The notes: generated by a model not told the origin, from the letters alone. A stretch of DNA of 55,122 nt from Gemmatales bacterium (GCA_025056555.1 JANWVZ010000002.1:1-55122), one strand, 5' to 3'; positions 19,283 through 29,669 are shown, counted from the first letter of the stretch. Program-made: numbers and translations.

Positions 19283-20191
19283 TTATGGCTGCGATGCAGG
19301 TAACTGGACTAAACGCACGGATTGGGGCCAGTTTTCCAAGAACCATTCTCGCCGCTTTTTCCAGCGCGAGCGTGTGTCGCTTAGTCGCTGACATACCAAT
19401 GACAATTCCACGTCATAAACGGCAGCGTTATCGTTGTCCCCTTCGACGTCACTGCGGACGCGATAGAGCAGGCGGAAGCGGTAACCTGGCCGCGAAATGT
19501 CTGAAAGGACTTCATACGCAGTCACGCCGCGATATTCCCAGTGGTGTCGGTTGGGCGCATGTTTGAGCATAACCTGCCCCAGGGGACTGTTTTCGAAGCC
19601 CAAGACAGGATTGCCCAAGCGCGACTGAGACTCAAAGTATTGGACCAGACGGGGTCGGTCTGCGGGCGGTTCTTTATAGCGCCGCGTTTCCGGTTCCAGC
19701 GTTGTCAGGAACAACTCCCGCTCCTTCTGCTGATGCACATAGTCGAGGATTTCCTGCGCGAAGCGCAACGCTTCTGCGCGCACTACCCAGTAGGTCACTT
19801 CCTGAGCAGTAATTGCCCCCAGACCATTGATCAGACTGACGGCCAAGCCAAGTCGCGCCAGGGTCATGCCTGCAAAGACTTGCGGTGCCTGACGGATTTT
19901 CCACCATCCCCAGGCACTCACCAACAATCCCGGTATCCACCAGGCCCGCGGCGGAAATAGTGGTGGCGACTCCATCCAGCAGAATATACTAAACCATGCC
20001 AGGATGAATCCGGCGATGGCCCAACCATTAATGGACCGATACGATTCAGGTTCCACTGGAAGATAAGCCGAGCTTTGGGTAGTTACGTCAGCAGCCGCAG
20101 ACTCGTGCTTCGCTTCTCTTGCGACATTGGCTGCCGACCGTACTTCTTGCGCGTTTACTTGGTCAGCGGTACGACTCAGAGCATCCGACAT
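19283..20191 (-). CDS. Hypothetical membrane protein (three predicted TM segments plus a ~170-aa C-terminal domain)
   Basis: Start chosen at MSDALSRT (20191) to avoid overlap with the upstream gene. TM segments include INGWAIAGFILAWFSIFCWM and WWIPGLLVSAWGWW. No family recognised. Confidence 0.55.
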   Translation of the reverse strand: MSDALSRTADQVNAQEVRSAANVAREAKHESAAADVTTQSSAYLPVEPESYRSINGWAIAGFILAWFSIFCWMESPPLFPPRAWWIPGLLVSAWGWWKIRQAPQVFAGMTLARLGLAVSLINGLGAITAQEVTYWVVRAEALRFAQEILDYVHQQKERELFLTTLEPETRRYKEPPADRPRLVQYFESQSRLGNPVLGFENSPLGQVMLKHAPNRHHWEYRGVTAYEVLSDISRPGYRFRLLYRVRSDVEGDNDNAAVYDVELSLVCQRLSDTRSRWKKRREWFLENWPQSVRLVQLPASQP

Positions 20192-20249
20192 GATCGCGCT
20201 CACCTCGGTCTCTAGCAGAATCCAATCCCTCGAACTTATCACTAATAGT

Positions 20250-21347
20250 TTACGCCTGCACTCGATTCCTGCCAAACTCTTTTCCTTCAGACTGGCGCGT
20301 GTCGTTTGGACACCAAGACGCCGAGGCTTTCTCATCGGCCGACCTCGATGAAAGAGTAGCAACGACCAGGCGGTAACTGGGAGGTATAAAGCGACGAACC
20401 GTTCCCTCCATGATATATAACCACGACTGTGTCGAGGATTGATCAGGCCGACCCTCGGAATCTCCTGGCATAAGAGCGGACCTGGTATCATGAGGTCGGC
20501 TCCTGTCGGCGCTGTTAACTGCAAGCGCGGAACCTTCAGCACAGGGCCAGCGGAATCCTGACCATGTTAACTCACCAGGAAGGTGAGCGTGTCGGGCAGC
20601 GTTAAGCAGCATTTCGCGTACTCGCCAAGCCCAAACCAAGCCCCAACCGTCGCGGATTTCCCGCCACAATTGCTGCAATATTCCCCAATCCGTGCAGGTT
20701 GACCCTGAGGTGCTGATCCCAAGCCGAGGGGCACCGTCGTTGCAAATTTCAATCCTTCGTTGTCGAGTAACCACAGCTCCAGAAACTGCCGCCCACCAGA
20801 GACCAGCTGTGCTGCACCAGTCGGCCCAACCCGTGAGTGCCTCGCGCGCCGTTTTGGTACCAATCAACGCGAGCTGCCAATAGCCCGTCCAGGCTAACCC
20901 AGTCACCACCCAGGCCAATCGTGTCGGCAAGTAATTGAGCCAGCCAACCGCCAGGATTATCGCCAAGAGCAGAGACCAGACTCCATCCAATCGCCATTCC
21001 GGGCTATGCCACGGTTGTTCGAGCACGGGTAACATGGCCATGGCCACAAAACTCGCCACGACAAAATCCCAGGCGCTTGCCCCCGGGTACCGAGCTCCCA
21101 AAATGCTGATAGGCACACAACTTCCCGCTACCAGCCCGAGATAGCGCCAGGGAAACGTTCTGTTTCCGCCCATCCCGCTGACCGCAATCAGAAGGTTAGC
21201 GGCAAGCGCCACCATGCTCCAAACCAGGGCGTGTTTCAGCGCTGAATGACGCCATCGCCAGAGCGTTCGTCCCGTAAATAAGAGCAATATTCCCCATGCT
21301 GGCAGCGCGCAAAACGCCGGGCAGATAAGTTGGGAGAAGTCTTCCAT
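20250..21347 (-). CDS. Hypothetical polytopic membrane protein (about 6 TM) with a Trp/Arg-rich C-terminal region
   Basis: 365-aa ORF with repeated hydrophobic segments, then WGILQQLWREIRDGWGLVWAWRVREMLLNAA. No family recognised, and the C-terminal ~70 aa look low in quality. Confidence 0.6.
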   Translation of the reverse strand: MEDFSQLICPAFCALPAWGILLLFTGRTLWRWRHSALKHALVWSMVALAANLLIAVSGMGGNRTFPWRYLGLVAGSCVPISILGARYPGASAWDFVVASFVAMAMLPVLEQPWHSPEWRLDGVWSLLLAIILAVGWLNYLPTRLAWVVTGLAWTGYWQLALIGTKTAREALTGWADWCSTAGLWWAAVSGAVVTRQRRIEICNDGAPRLGISTSGSTCTDWGILQQLWREIRDGWGLVWAWRVREMLLNAARHAHLPGELTWSGFRWPCAEGSALAVNSADRSRPHDTRSALMPGDSEGRPDQSSTQSWLYIMEGTVRRFIPPSYRLVVATLSSRSADEKASASWCPNDTRQSEGKEFGRNRVQA

Positions 21348-21625
21348 AGCTACCTATCGAATAAATTGGTCTGGGCGAATCGTCTGCACCATTAATGTTT
21401 TACCAAACGTTGTCGGAGCAAGAGGAATTGGCTGACGGACAGGGCTTGCTTAGACGAAGAAGACGAAGGACTCATGATTCCATAGCGGGACCATCGTGCG
21501 GAATCAGCCGTCTGGTCGGACGTTCAGATCGCAAACATCGGTCGAGACAGCTGCCATAGGTCTAAAGTCGGCGCCCTACGGGACGCCCATGGGCGCTTCT
21601 AGCAAGCGGTCGGAGGAGAACGAAC

Positions 21626-22456
21626 ATGTCGCGATTCTTTTTGATACTGATCTGCAGCTTGCTGTTTCTGGGAACCGCAGCCGCCGGTATATTTGGCAAG
21701 AAAACTAAACCTGGTCCGCAACGCGTCAGCGAACTGGTGGGCATCTTGCTGAATCATCCCGAAGCCGATAAGCGTGCGGATGCCGCTTCTGAATTAGCCG
21801 ATGCCGACGCGGCAGCCCATCCCGAAGTGCTGCACGCACTGATCGAGGCCTTGCACAAAGACAGTTCCAGCAGTGTCCGCCGAGCTGCGGCCTCCAGTTT
21901 AGGGAAACTGCAACCGCCGAGCGTTGAGGCCTACGAAGCCCTGGACCGGGCCATCAAGCACGACGATTCCTGGACGGTTCGGGCACAAGCGCGGATGGCG
22001 CGACTCGGTTACCGTGTCCCCAAGTCCGCCACGCCAATTCCTGTCGCCGTGCAACCAACACAGGGACATGCCAAGCCAGCGCCCTTGCCGAGCACGACAA
22101 AACCGAGCACCAGCCAACCAGTCCCCGCCACCACACCCGCTCTGCCGCAGAATAATCCCTTACTTGATCCTCAGATTCCCCCTTCGAACTTGGAGTTGGC
22201 ACCGCCACCCCGGTTACAATCCCCCACGGGGTCGGGAAATAGCTCGGAACCAGCTAAAGCCACATTGCTCCGTCCGGATCGGACGGCCAAGCCTACATTT
22301 TCAGACCGTCAATCTGCTCCGACAAATAATTCACCGACTCGGCCCACTGTCCCACCCCCGCATTCAGGCACCAAGGTCAAACCATCTGTCCCTTCCATAA
22401 ACGTCCCTCCGGATCCTGGCCCGATCCTCGTTCCCCCACCACCACCTCAGCCATAG
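21626..22456 (+). CDS. Exported HEAT-repeat protein with proline-rich C-terminal half
   Basis: GGAGGA lies upstream and the signal peptide is MSRFFLILICSLLFLGTAAA. HEAT-like repeats include DKRADAASELADA and SSSVRRAAASSLGKL...DDSWTVRAQA. A ~140-aa P/T/S-rich tail follows. Confidence 0.6.
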   Translation: MSRFFLILICSLLFLGTAAAGIFGKKTKPGPQRVSELVGILLNHPEADKRADAASELADADAAAHPEVLHALIEALHKDSSSSVRRAAASSLGKLQPPSVEAYEALDRAIKHDDSWTVRAQARMARLGYRVPKSATPIPVAVQPTQGHAKPAPLPSTTKPSTSQPVPATTPALPQNNPLLDPQIPPSNLELAPPPRLQSPTGSGNSSEPAKATLLRPDRTAKPTFSDRQSAPTNNSPTRPTVPPPHSGTKVKPSVPSINVPPDPGPILVPPPPPQP

Positions 22457-23312
22457 CGACTCAAGCCAGTCCCAATCAACTCTGAGCGTCCCAAACGTCT
22501 GTTGTAAGTTCATCTGAAATACACGTCCTTGCTAGTGGCTTTTCCGTGTTCTTACCAGTACCGAGACCCGTTCGAACGTAAAGACTAATCTGCTCATGTC
22601 GGGAATAGCGTCAAACGCGAAATTCACTCATCAATTCTTCTCCTGGAAAAACAGTAATAGAGCGGGATGAGTTCGACCCGGCTGGGACTTCGGTTCACAA
22701 TGGTTATCTCGGCAACGACCCGGTATCCGTTGTGTAGCACCGTCAATTGTGTTATCGTGCCCTTGACACTAAAAAACAGGCCGCTTGGCATTTACTTTTG
22801 ACTGCAACCCGATTAAGAGCGATCTATCCCGAGCGTTGGTCATTATCGCGAAGGCGAACTATGGCCGTTGCCGTATCGCTGGACCTCAGGAAATCTGTGC
22901 TTGAGTATGATCGCGTTTCCGTTCATTTTGCCGCGCCACGAACCGCACCGACCATGTGCTGCGTTTTCCCTGGCGAAAAATACTTAGCGCTTCTCGGATG
23001 GCGATACGATTAGAGGCACCGACCCGGCCCTGTGAAAATCCTTGTACTTGAAACAGATGGCAGACAGGTCGTGCATTGGCAACCGCTCAGAACCGAACGA
23101 CTCATTAAACTCGACTCGCTATCGCGAATTTCCGCATGACGCTTGCGCCGGGCGGCGAAGTGAAGTGGTTGGTCAACGTGGACGAGCGAAGTCAAATCCG
23201 CCTCCTCGACGCTCGGACAGGGACTTGCCGCCATCCTCATTGCTGGAGCCAACCCTGAGGCACGCACGGTTTTCGCCAACGTAAGGATGGTCGAAACGGA
23301 CGCGTGGTTTGT

Positions 23313-24326
23313 CTACAAGATGCGGCCTAAAGTTTGTGCAATCGCACGGCATTCGTGCATCAGCTGACGAAACTGGGCGGGGGTGATGCTTTGGAACCCG
23401 TCGCTCCAAGCGTGTTCAGGATCGGGATGCACCTCGACCATTAAGCCGTCGGCACCCGCCGCAATTGCCGCTCGCGCCATCGCCGTGACCAGCGAGGCAC
23501 GACCTGTGCCGTGACTCGGATCCACTACCACGGGCAAGTGAGTATGCTCCTGTAACCAGGGCACACTGGCCAACGGTAACGTAAACCGCACATGATCCTC
23601 AAACGTGCGTATGCCGCGCTCGCAGAGCATTACCTGCGTGTTGCCCGTCTTGAGAATATACTCAGCGGCTAAGAGGAACTCTTCAATGGTCGCCGCTGGC
23701 CCACGCTTCAGCAGCACGGGTAATCCCGATTCGCCCACGGCCTCTAGCAGAGGAAAGTTTTGCATATTTCGCGCACCTACCTGCAGCACGTCGGCAAACT
23801 CCGCTAAGATGGGCACGTGCTCCGGCGCCAGCACTTCCGTCACGATAGCCAAGCCTGTGCGTTCGCGCGCCTCGGCGAGCAACTCCAGGCCTTTCGTTTT
23901 CAGGCCTTGGAAGGAATATGGGCTGGTTCGTGGTTTGAAGGCTCCCCCTCGTAATGCCGTGGCCCCTGCTTCACGAACCGCCTCAGCGGTTTGCATAATC
24001 TGATCGCGCGTTTCTACGGAGCAGGGCCCAGCGATGACGCCAATCTTAGCGCCCCCTACTTCTAAACTCCGCGCTCGCACGACAGTGCGATCTGCCTGCG
24101 CCTCGCGACTGGCCAGTTTATATGGGGACAACACCGGCAACACTTTTTCCACACCTTCCGCGGTGGCCAGGGCCTGTTTGACTGGTTCTGGCTCATCGCC
24201 GATAACCGCCACCACGGTCAAGTACTGGCCCCGTATCGGATGGCTTTTCAGACCTAATTCTTCGATCCGCTGGAGCACATGGCGGATTTGTTCATCGGTG
24301 GCATCTGGTTTCATGACGACAATCAT
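23313..24326 (-). CDS. aroF: 3-deoxy-7-phosphoheptulonate (DAHP) synthase, type I-beta with N-terminal ferredoxin-like regulatory domain
   Basis: Contains [24 protein letters not shown] and VVVDPSHG. The N-terminal ~70 aa ([29 protein letters not shown]) resemble the Thermotoga-type regulatory domain. Confidence 0.9.
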   Translation of the reverse strand: MIVVMKPDATDEQIRHVLQRIEELGLKSHPIRGQYLTVVAVIGDEPEPVKQALATAEGVEKVLPVLSPYKLASREAQADRTVVRARSLEVGGAKIGVIAGPCSVETRDQIMQTAEAVREAGATALRGGAFKPRTSPYSFQGLKTKGLELLAEARERTGLAIVTEVLAPEHVPILAEFADVLQVGARNMQNFPLLEAVGESGLPVLLKRGPAATIEEFLLAAEYILKTGNTQVMLCERGIRTFEDHVRFTLPLASVPWLQEHTHLPVVVDPSHGTGRASLVTAMARAAIAAGADGLMVEVHPDPEHAWSDGFQSITPAQFRQLMHECRAIAQTLGRIL

Positions 24327-24398
24327 GACGGCTCTCGCTCAGGAAAGGACGCTTACAGACAGATTACGCACCCACGAGCTGGGGCAAGGTGAAATCGC

Positions 24399-25094
24399 TT
24401 AGTTGGCGCTCGAATGCCCCACCAAAGTCAGGGCAATCGGCAACAGGAAGCTCTTACCATTATGTTCGGCCTGAATGGTTACATGGAGCACCAGATGCCC
24501 ATTGCCTTGGTCGCGTATTTCCGCCTGAGTCACTGGCTTGGCAGGGAAGAGTAGGAACACGGCCGGATGATTGCTTCCCGCGGCTTTTGCACTCAATTCA
24601 TGCAGGTCTTTTGGATTCTCTAAGCCTGCGGGCCTCTGATCGAGGGTACTTGGCGTAAGCAAAAGAAACTCGGAATGAGGCGCAGTACCCATGTGGTCAC
24701 CGTCTTCCGGCTGATAAGCTAAACGCATCGTGTACACCCCTGACTTGATTTTCTGTTTTCGATAGTCGGAACCGGGCTGTACCCAGCGAATGACTCCCAC
24801 CAGCGTCGTTTCCGCCATGTCGCGATAACTGGCGGTTGGATTGGTTGGCGCCTTAGCAAGAGGCACGCTCTTGCGCCACCAGATCTCACAGAACACTTGC
24901 CCCTTGCTGTCGGTAACCCGCACGACCTCGTTCGAGAGGATGCTCGCTATGGCCTGACTCAACTCTTTGGGTGGATCAACTTTCTCCACCTTCGCAGCAT
25001 ATCCTCCCGCCTGGCCCAACAATGTTGCACTGATGCCACAGCAGGCCAGCATGCAGCACAGCAAGGCTGGCGTTTTTCTGCAATATCGGTTCAT
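24399..25094 (-). CDS. Exported hypothetical protein
   Basis: AGGAG precedes ATG 25094. The leader MNRYCRKTPALLCCMLACCGISATLLG is signal-like. About 231 aa, no family recognised. Confidence 0.6.
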   Translation of the reverse strand: MNRYCRKTPALLCCMLACCGISATLLGQAGGYAAKVEKVDPPKELSQAIASILSNEVVRVTDSKGQVFCEIWWRKSVPLAKAPTNPTASYRDMAETTLVGVIRWVQPGSDYRKQKIKSGVYTMRLAYQPEDGDHMGTAPHSEFLLLTPSTLDQRPAGLENPKDLHELSAKAAGSNHPAVFLLFPAKPVTQAEIRDQGNGHLVLHVTIQAEHNGKSFLLPIALTLVGHSSAN

Positions 25095-25154
25095 CGGGGT
25101 GGCTCCTATCCACGAATGCCAGTTGGCCCAGTTTGTTTGGGACATTTAGTTGAC

Positions 25155-25181
25155 AAAAATAAAGGGAAGCTTTGCTTCCCC
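25155..25181 (-). terminator. Intrinsic terminator (minus strand)
   Basis: Minus strand reads GGGAAGC-AAA-GCTTCCC followed by TTTATTTTT (stems at 25164-25170 and 25174-25180 on the plus strand). It lies 155 nt downstream of the DUF1326-like gene stop. Confidence 0.55.
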
Positions 25182-25334
25182 AGGATTATTCCGTGTCCGC
25201 TCTCAAAGTCGGCTTGAGGACGACCGCGTTGATTAATAATCAGTGGAGGCATTAACATCGCGCTGCCCCAACGTGTGGGGAGGCAGGCGAGTGCCAGCTA
25301 AGTTTGGCATCCAGAGTCTCGAGAGGCAGCCGTC

Positions 25335-25994
25335 TTAGTTGTCCAAGCTAAACGTGCCTATGTAGGCGCCGCGGCGATTAGCGTCTTTCCAGGTCTTATC
25401 CAAACCAGCCCCAGTGAAGCTATGCTCGGTTACCATAGCCGAGCGAGCATGCACGCCTGGTGTCAATGGAGCATAAAAGTTATCCTCATGGCCGCACACG
25501 CTATCTTCGTCAGGATGAATGCAGCGGGTTTCGATGCGTACTACGCCCGCTTCCACTAAAGCACAACCACCTTCGGGGCATCGGCTGACGCTGATAAAGA
25601 TCGGGGCGGTATCCACGCGCACCACTTCCTGCGTCAGAATCCCTCCGAGCTTGCGGGCCATCTTCACCAAGGCTTCCCGCTGACGAGCATTGGCTCGTTC
25701 GTCCACGATGATTACCGCCCGTCCTGAGCCGCTCTGCTTCAGTCCCAGAGTGTCCCGAGCTTCGACAACGGCCACCACACTCAGCCCATCCAGCGCAACG
25801 CCGTCCCACGAACCTTTTTCGATGTGCCAAGCCAAGGTTCCGAGTTTTCCGGTCTGATGCATCTCGGCATTCGCAAAGCACGCACCCACCCATACATCGC
25901 AAGTGCGTGCTTCGACGTATTGGCCGCGTATCTCCTCGGCTGTCGCCACACTCACACCAACCAGCAGGGCTACTACACTCAGGCAGGTTCGCAT
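25335..25994 (-). CDS. Exported DUF1326-like protein
   Basis: AAGGAGG precedes ATG 25994 and the signal peptide is MRTCLSVVALLVGVSVATA. The layout GQYVEARTCDVWVGAC...GSWDGVALDGL...VDERANARQREALVKM resembles my recollection of DUF1326. Confidence 0.5.
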   Translation of the reverse strand: MRTCLSVVALLVGVSVATAEEIRGQYVEARTCDVWVGACFANAEMHQTGKLGTLAWHIEKGSWDGVALDGLSVVAVVEARDTLGLKQSGSGRAVIIVDERANARQREALVKMARKLGGILTQEVVRVDTAPIFISVSRCPEGGCALVEAGVVRIETRCIHPDEDSVCGHEDNFYAPLTPGVHARSAMVTEHSFTGAGLDKTWKDANRRGAYIGTFSLDN

Positions 25995-26071
25995 CGCACG
26001 TCCTCCTTTGAGCATTACCATTGGGTATGCCTAACTCACCATAGTTATTTTCACGCCACGGGCGGCCAGCG

Positions 26072-26425
26072 TCAAGATGGAGCACCGTGCCCGCCGCCGC
26101 GTTCGGCACGCAAAATCGCCAGTTGCCTGACCACATCGGTCACATCCTGCCGCAGCCGCACAATACGAGAGTAGAGGAAGAAGCTCGTCCAAAGAAAAGC
26201 TAACGCAAACAGATACAGCACCAGGTTGGCCCCCAGCCCGATGCCGAGCCATTCGGCAATCTTTTGCACCCAGTCGGGCCGCAGGATGGCTAGCGCTGCC
26301 GACAACCATAATGTCATTCTTAATAACCGACTGCCCGTCGTCAGCGGTCCTCGACCTAAATGCCACATGTCCCACAAGAACAATGCCAACAACGTGGGCA
26401 CCGTGATCCATTGGAACGCCGTCAT
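26072..26425 (-). CDS. DUF2304-family small membrane protein
   Basis: MTAFQWITVPTLLALFLW...LRMTLWLSAALAILRPDWVQKIAEWLGIGLGANLVLYLFALAFLWTSFFLYSRIVRLRQDV matches the DUF2304 architecture. ATG 26425 has a GAGGGAG upstream; the ORF opens at TTG 26431. Confidence 0.7.
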   Translation of the reverse strand: MTAFQWITVPTLLALFLWDMWHLGRGPLTTGSRLLRMTLWLSAALAILRPDWVQKIAEWLGIGLGANLVLYLFALAFLWTSFFLYSRIVRLRQDVTDVVRQLAILRAERGGGHGAPS

Positions 26426-26488
26426 CGGCAAATCTCCCTCTTACTCCAAAAATGTCAGCGCCAAGTTGCCGTGCTCTGGGCCGCTAAC

Positions 26489-26953
26489 CTAACCGCCCAA
26501 GAAGTCATCTACGATTTTGCCCACCGCTTCGTGCGTCAGCGTAAATGGCACAGGCTCGCGACGCTGATGGAGACCATGACTGGCGCGATAACGTTGCAGC
26601 GATGCCTGCCCGGAAGCCTGTAACACCGCCTCGTAATACTGCACTTCGCCGCCTTTTTGGCTGGGGGTCTGACTGCGCAGACGGGCCTCGCCTCGTTGTG
26701 TGTCAATCTCGTGTACCGCTAACGGCTCGAGTAACCCCGAAGCCTGCCGCGCTACTCGCTGCGCCCACTGAGGCAACGGCTCCTGGCGTTCGGAACCGCG
26801 CTGAACTCGCAGGCCGCGCAAGCGGCAACTCAGAGCGTCATTCGCTTCGACCTCCGCCTCGACACGGGCACCGTGGGCACCCGTAACAGAAACTGTCTGC
26901 GGCCGATTGCCGAGATTACCGAGTTTTTGCTGGAGCGTTTCGCCGAGGGTCAT
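26489..26953 (-). CDS. Hypothetical 154-aa protein overlapping the spoVR 3' end
   Basis: ATG 26953 is preceded by GGGAGAA. It overlaps the spoVR stop region by 38 nt on the same strand. Composition is soluble and Q/R/E-rich, with no family recognised. Confidence 0.5.
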   Translation of the reverse strand: MTLGETLQQKLGNLGNRPQTVSVTGAHGARVEAEVEANDALSCRLRGLRVQRGSERQEPLPQWAQRVARQASGLLEPLAVHEIDTQRGEARLRSQTPSQKGGEVQYYEAVLQASGQASLQRYRASHGLHQRREPVPFTLTHEAVGKIVDDFLGG

Positions 26954-28478
26954 CGCTTTCTCCCAGGGGCTTCATACTATGCTCCGCTCCGTCATGACTT
27001 AATAAGGTCGGTTTCCCTTCGACCACCGTTTGCAGATGCACCGGACGTGTCCAAAGTGCCTGGATATTGGCCAACGTCGCGATGGCGTGATCCAGACGCA
27101 GATCCACTCCATTATACTCGTGGCGCAGTAATAATTCCCCGCGGTTACGATAATTACCATCCACTACGCAAATAATCGGCTTACCAAAGTTAGTCAAGTT
27201 AAACAAAAGCCGTTGCTTGATTTTCTGAAATTCGCGCGACTCGATCACAAACGTACCAGCCTGTTCACTCCAGGCGAACGTAAAGTACTTATGCTCGACG
27301 CAGAATTCTGGCGTGAGAAACTCGTCAATAAAGGTAATATCGTTATGCGTACGGCGTACCTCAAAAATTTTTTGCCGACCTAGACCTAAACCCAAGTCCC
27401 AATTTCGTTTTTTCTCTAAGTCATCACATTCTTCGTATTCCTTGCCGAAACGTCCGGTATTCCAGCGAAACTCAATATCGCGGAACAGTTCTAAGCCTAA
27501 CTTATAAGGATTCAGGCGCGGACCATGACTGGCTACCGTGCCCGAATGATGATCACAATAATCAATGACCTCGGAGGGATGCAGTGCCCGCTTCGTCATA
27601 ATCGTGCTATGTACATAAGTCGCCCATCCTTCGTTCATAATCTTCGTCTGTGCCTGCGGCGCGAAGTAATAGGACTCCTCCCTCACGATGCCTAAAATAT
27701 CGCGCTGCCACGGCTTGAGCGGTGCATACTGCATGAGAAACAGCAGCACATCGCGCTCCGGTTGCTCCGGGAAATTCTTCGACTTCGCTTCCCGTTCCTT
27801 ACGCTTGCGCTCCTCTTCCGCCTTAAGCAGTTCTTCGGGGTTAATATAAGGCTCTAAGTAAGACTTAGTCTTGAACCGGGTAACAGGGATAGGTTCCTCG
27901 TCCTTAGTGGCCTCGAAATCGAAACGGGGTGGCTCGTCGCGTCGGCGAATGGCCACGGAATGGATATCTATCAGGTCTTCTATGCTCTTGCATTTGTCTA
28001 GAAATGCCTCAACCTCGTCCTCGCCGTACTTTTCCACATAGCGGCGAATCCGCGCACCGTGGTTGGCCATCTCCTCCATCATTTTGCGATTCGTATGGGC
28101 GAAAAACGCGTTATTCTTGAAAAAGTCGCAGTGTCCGTAAACATGAGCCATGACTAACTTCTGGTCAACCAGGTTATTGCTCCGCATCAGGTAGGCATAA
28201 CATGGATCATTGTTGATAACTAACTCATAAATCTTGGCCAAGCCATAATCATAGGTCTTTTTCAGTTCCTCATAAGCCATACCGAACGACCAATGAGGAT
28301 AGCGCGTCGGAAATCCGCCATAGGCAGCAATAGCATTGAGGTCGTCGGCATCTAACAATTCAAAGATCACCTCGAAGAAATCGAGGCCGAATTCGCGAGC
28401 ATATCCCTCAATCTCGCGCTGCACCGCGCGGAGTTCAGGTGTAAGCGAGGTATCGTAAGGCGTGTTGAGCAAATTCAT
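26916..28478 (-). CDS. spoVR: SpoVR/YcgB-family protein
   Basis: Contains FGLDFFEVIFELLDADDLNAIAAYGGFPTRYPHWSFGMAYE, MAHVYGHCDFFKNN and NEGWATYVHSTIM. ATG 28478 (MNLLNTPYD) is preferred; the ORF also opens at TTG 28505. Confidence 0.9.
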   Translation of the reverse strand: MNLLNTPYDTSLTPELRAVQREIEGYAREFGLDFFEVIFELLDADDLNAIAAYGGFPTRYPHWSFGMAYEELKKTYDYGLAKIYELVINNDPCYAYLMRSNNLVDQKLVMAHVYGHCDFFKNNAFFAHTNRKMMEEMANHGARIRRYVEKYGEDEVEAFLDKCKSIEDLIDIHSVAIRRRDEPPRFDFEATKDEEPIPVTRFKTKSYLEPYINPEELLKAEEERKRKEREAKSKNFPEQPERDVLLFLMQYAPLKPWQRDILGIVREESYYFAPQAQTKIMNEGWATYVHSTIMTKRALHPSEVIDYCDHHSGTVASHGPRLNPYKLGLELFRDIEFRWNTGRFGKEYEECDDLEKKRNWDLGLGLGRQKIFEVRRTHNDITFIDEFLTPEFCVEHKYFTFAWSEQAGTFVIESREFQKIKQRLLFNLTNFGKPIICVVDGNYRNRGELLLRHEYNGVDLRLDHAIATLANIQALWTRPVHLQTVVEGKPTLLSHDGAEHSMKPLGESDDPRRNAPAKTR

Positions 28479-28538
28479 AGTGGTCGGCACATAAGGTCCT
28501 TTCAAAGAGAGGATTGCCTTCTGATATAGTTGCGGTGG

Positions 28539-29669
28539 TCACCTGCCTTTGCCGAGAAAATCCTTGATTGAGCGGATGATCGCGTCGCGGTTAGGAATAT
28601 GGCTTACCACGAGGTTATCGAATTCGTTAGTGAGTTCCTCGATATGATGAAGGAATTCACCACTGCCATAGGGACTTTCCACCTGGCCATAACCAAACAG
28701 GTTCACCTTATGAAGCAGTCGGCTTCGTAAGACGTCTAAGCAATGAGGAATGTCGTCACCCCAATTATCACCGTCGGAGAAATGAAAGGCATATACATTC
28801 CAGTCCGAGGGAGGAAATCGCTGGTCTATAATCTGGTCAGCCAATTCATATGCAGAACTGATCTTAGTGCCGCCACTCTCGCGCGTGTGATAGAAGGTAT
28901 GTTCGTCCACCTCCTGGGCCACAGCATCGTGAATGATATAGATCCGCTGCACTCCTTTATAATGTGCTCGAATCCAGGTATCTATCCAAAAGGCTTCGAT
29001 ACGCACAATTTCCTTTTGTTCATCGGTCATCGAGCCCGAAACGTCCATCATGAAAATGATCACGGCAACACTTTGCGGCAGGGGAATCTCTTTCCAACTG
29101 CGGTATTGTTTATCTTCGCGGATAGGAACAATAAGAGGCTTGTCGAAATCATAGGTGCCGGAAATGATTTGCCGCTTAAGTGCGCGCTTAAAGGTGCGTT
29201 TGAAGTGGCGAAGGGATTCGGGGCCGGACTGACGAATGCCACTATAACGTTCGCGGGTAGTATAGATATTTTTGCGTCCTTTAGGCTGGATACGAGGCAG
29301 GGCCAGCTCCTCGCCGAGAATGTCTGCTAACTCTTCCAGGGTCAGCTCCACTTCCAGAATATGTCCCCCCGGTTGATCCCCGGCCTGACTGTTAGCGCCG
29401 CCCTGCGGTGGGCCAAGGGCCTGACCGACTTCCCCCTCACCCTGACCGACCCCTCCGCGCCCTTTCACGCCGTAGCGGAATTGCGGGATCTCGATCTGGG
29501 GCAAGGGGATACTTACTAAGTCGTTGCCGCGCTTTCCTATCAGCTCGCCGCGAGTGATATATTTGCTCAAGTTATTCTTGATCTTCCCGCGGACGATCTT
29601 GCGAAAGCGTTCATAATCGCGCTGAATCCGTTGCACCATGAGAGGCTCGCGTAGGTGGAAAAAGCTCAT
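28539..29669 (-). CDS. yeaH: YeaH/YhbH (DUF444) vWA-domain protein
   Basis: N-terminus [25 protein letters not shown] resembles E. coli YeaH. The MIDAS motif is [13 protein letters not shown] and the C-terminal block is [13 protein letters not shown]. Confidence 0.9.
   Translation of the reverse strand: MSFFHLREPLMVQRIQRDYERFRKIVRGKIKNNLSKYITRGELIGKRGNDLVSIPLPQIEIPQFRYGVKGRGGVGQGEGEVGQALGPPQGGANSQAGDQPGGHILEVELTLEELADILGEELALPRIQPKGRKNIYTTRERYSGIRQSGPESLRHFKRTFKRALKRQIISGTYDFDKPLIVPIREDKQYRSWKEIPLPQSVAVIIFMMDVSGSMTDEQKEIVRIEAFWIDTWIRAHYKGVQRIYIIHDAVAQEVDEHTFYHTRESGGTKISSAYELADQIIDQRFPPSDWNVYAFHFSDGDNWGDDIPHCLDVLRSRLLHKVNLFGYGQVESPYGSGEFLHHIEELTNEFDNLVVSHIPNRDAIIRSIKDFLGKGR

Noticed and set aside
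16337-22770. Recurrence of GTCAATT(G) / TTGACAC motifs at 16340, 19088 and 22742/22763 as a shared regulon signal
   Set aside because: An 8-mer is expected about 1.7 times by chance in 2 x 55 kb, and TTGACA is simply the -35 consensus. It is kept only as local context for the 19036-19132 cluster.
25510-26411. 208-aa and 126-aa minus-strand ORFs overlapping the DUF1326-like and DUF2304 genes
   Set aside because: They are out-of-frame overlaps with better-supported genes that have SD sequences, a signal peptide and family-like patterns. Their composition is Arg/Gly/Cys-rich noise.
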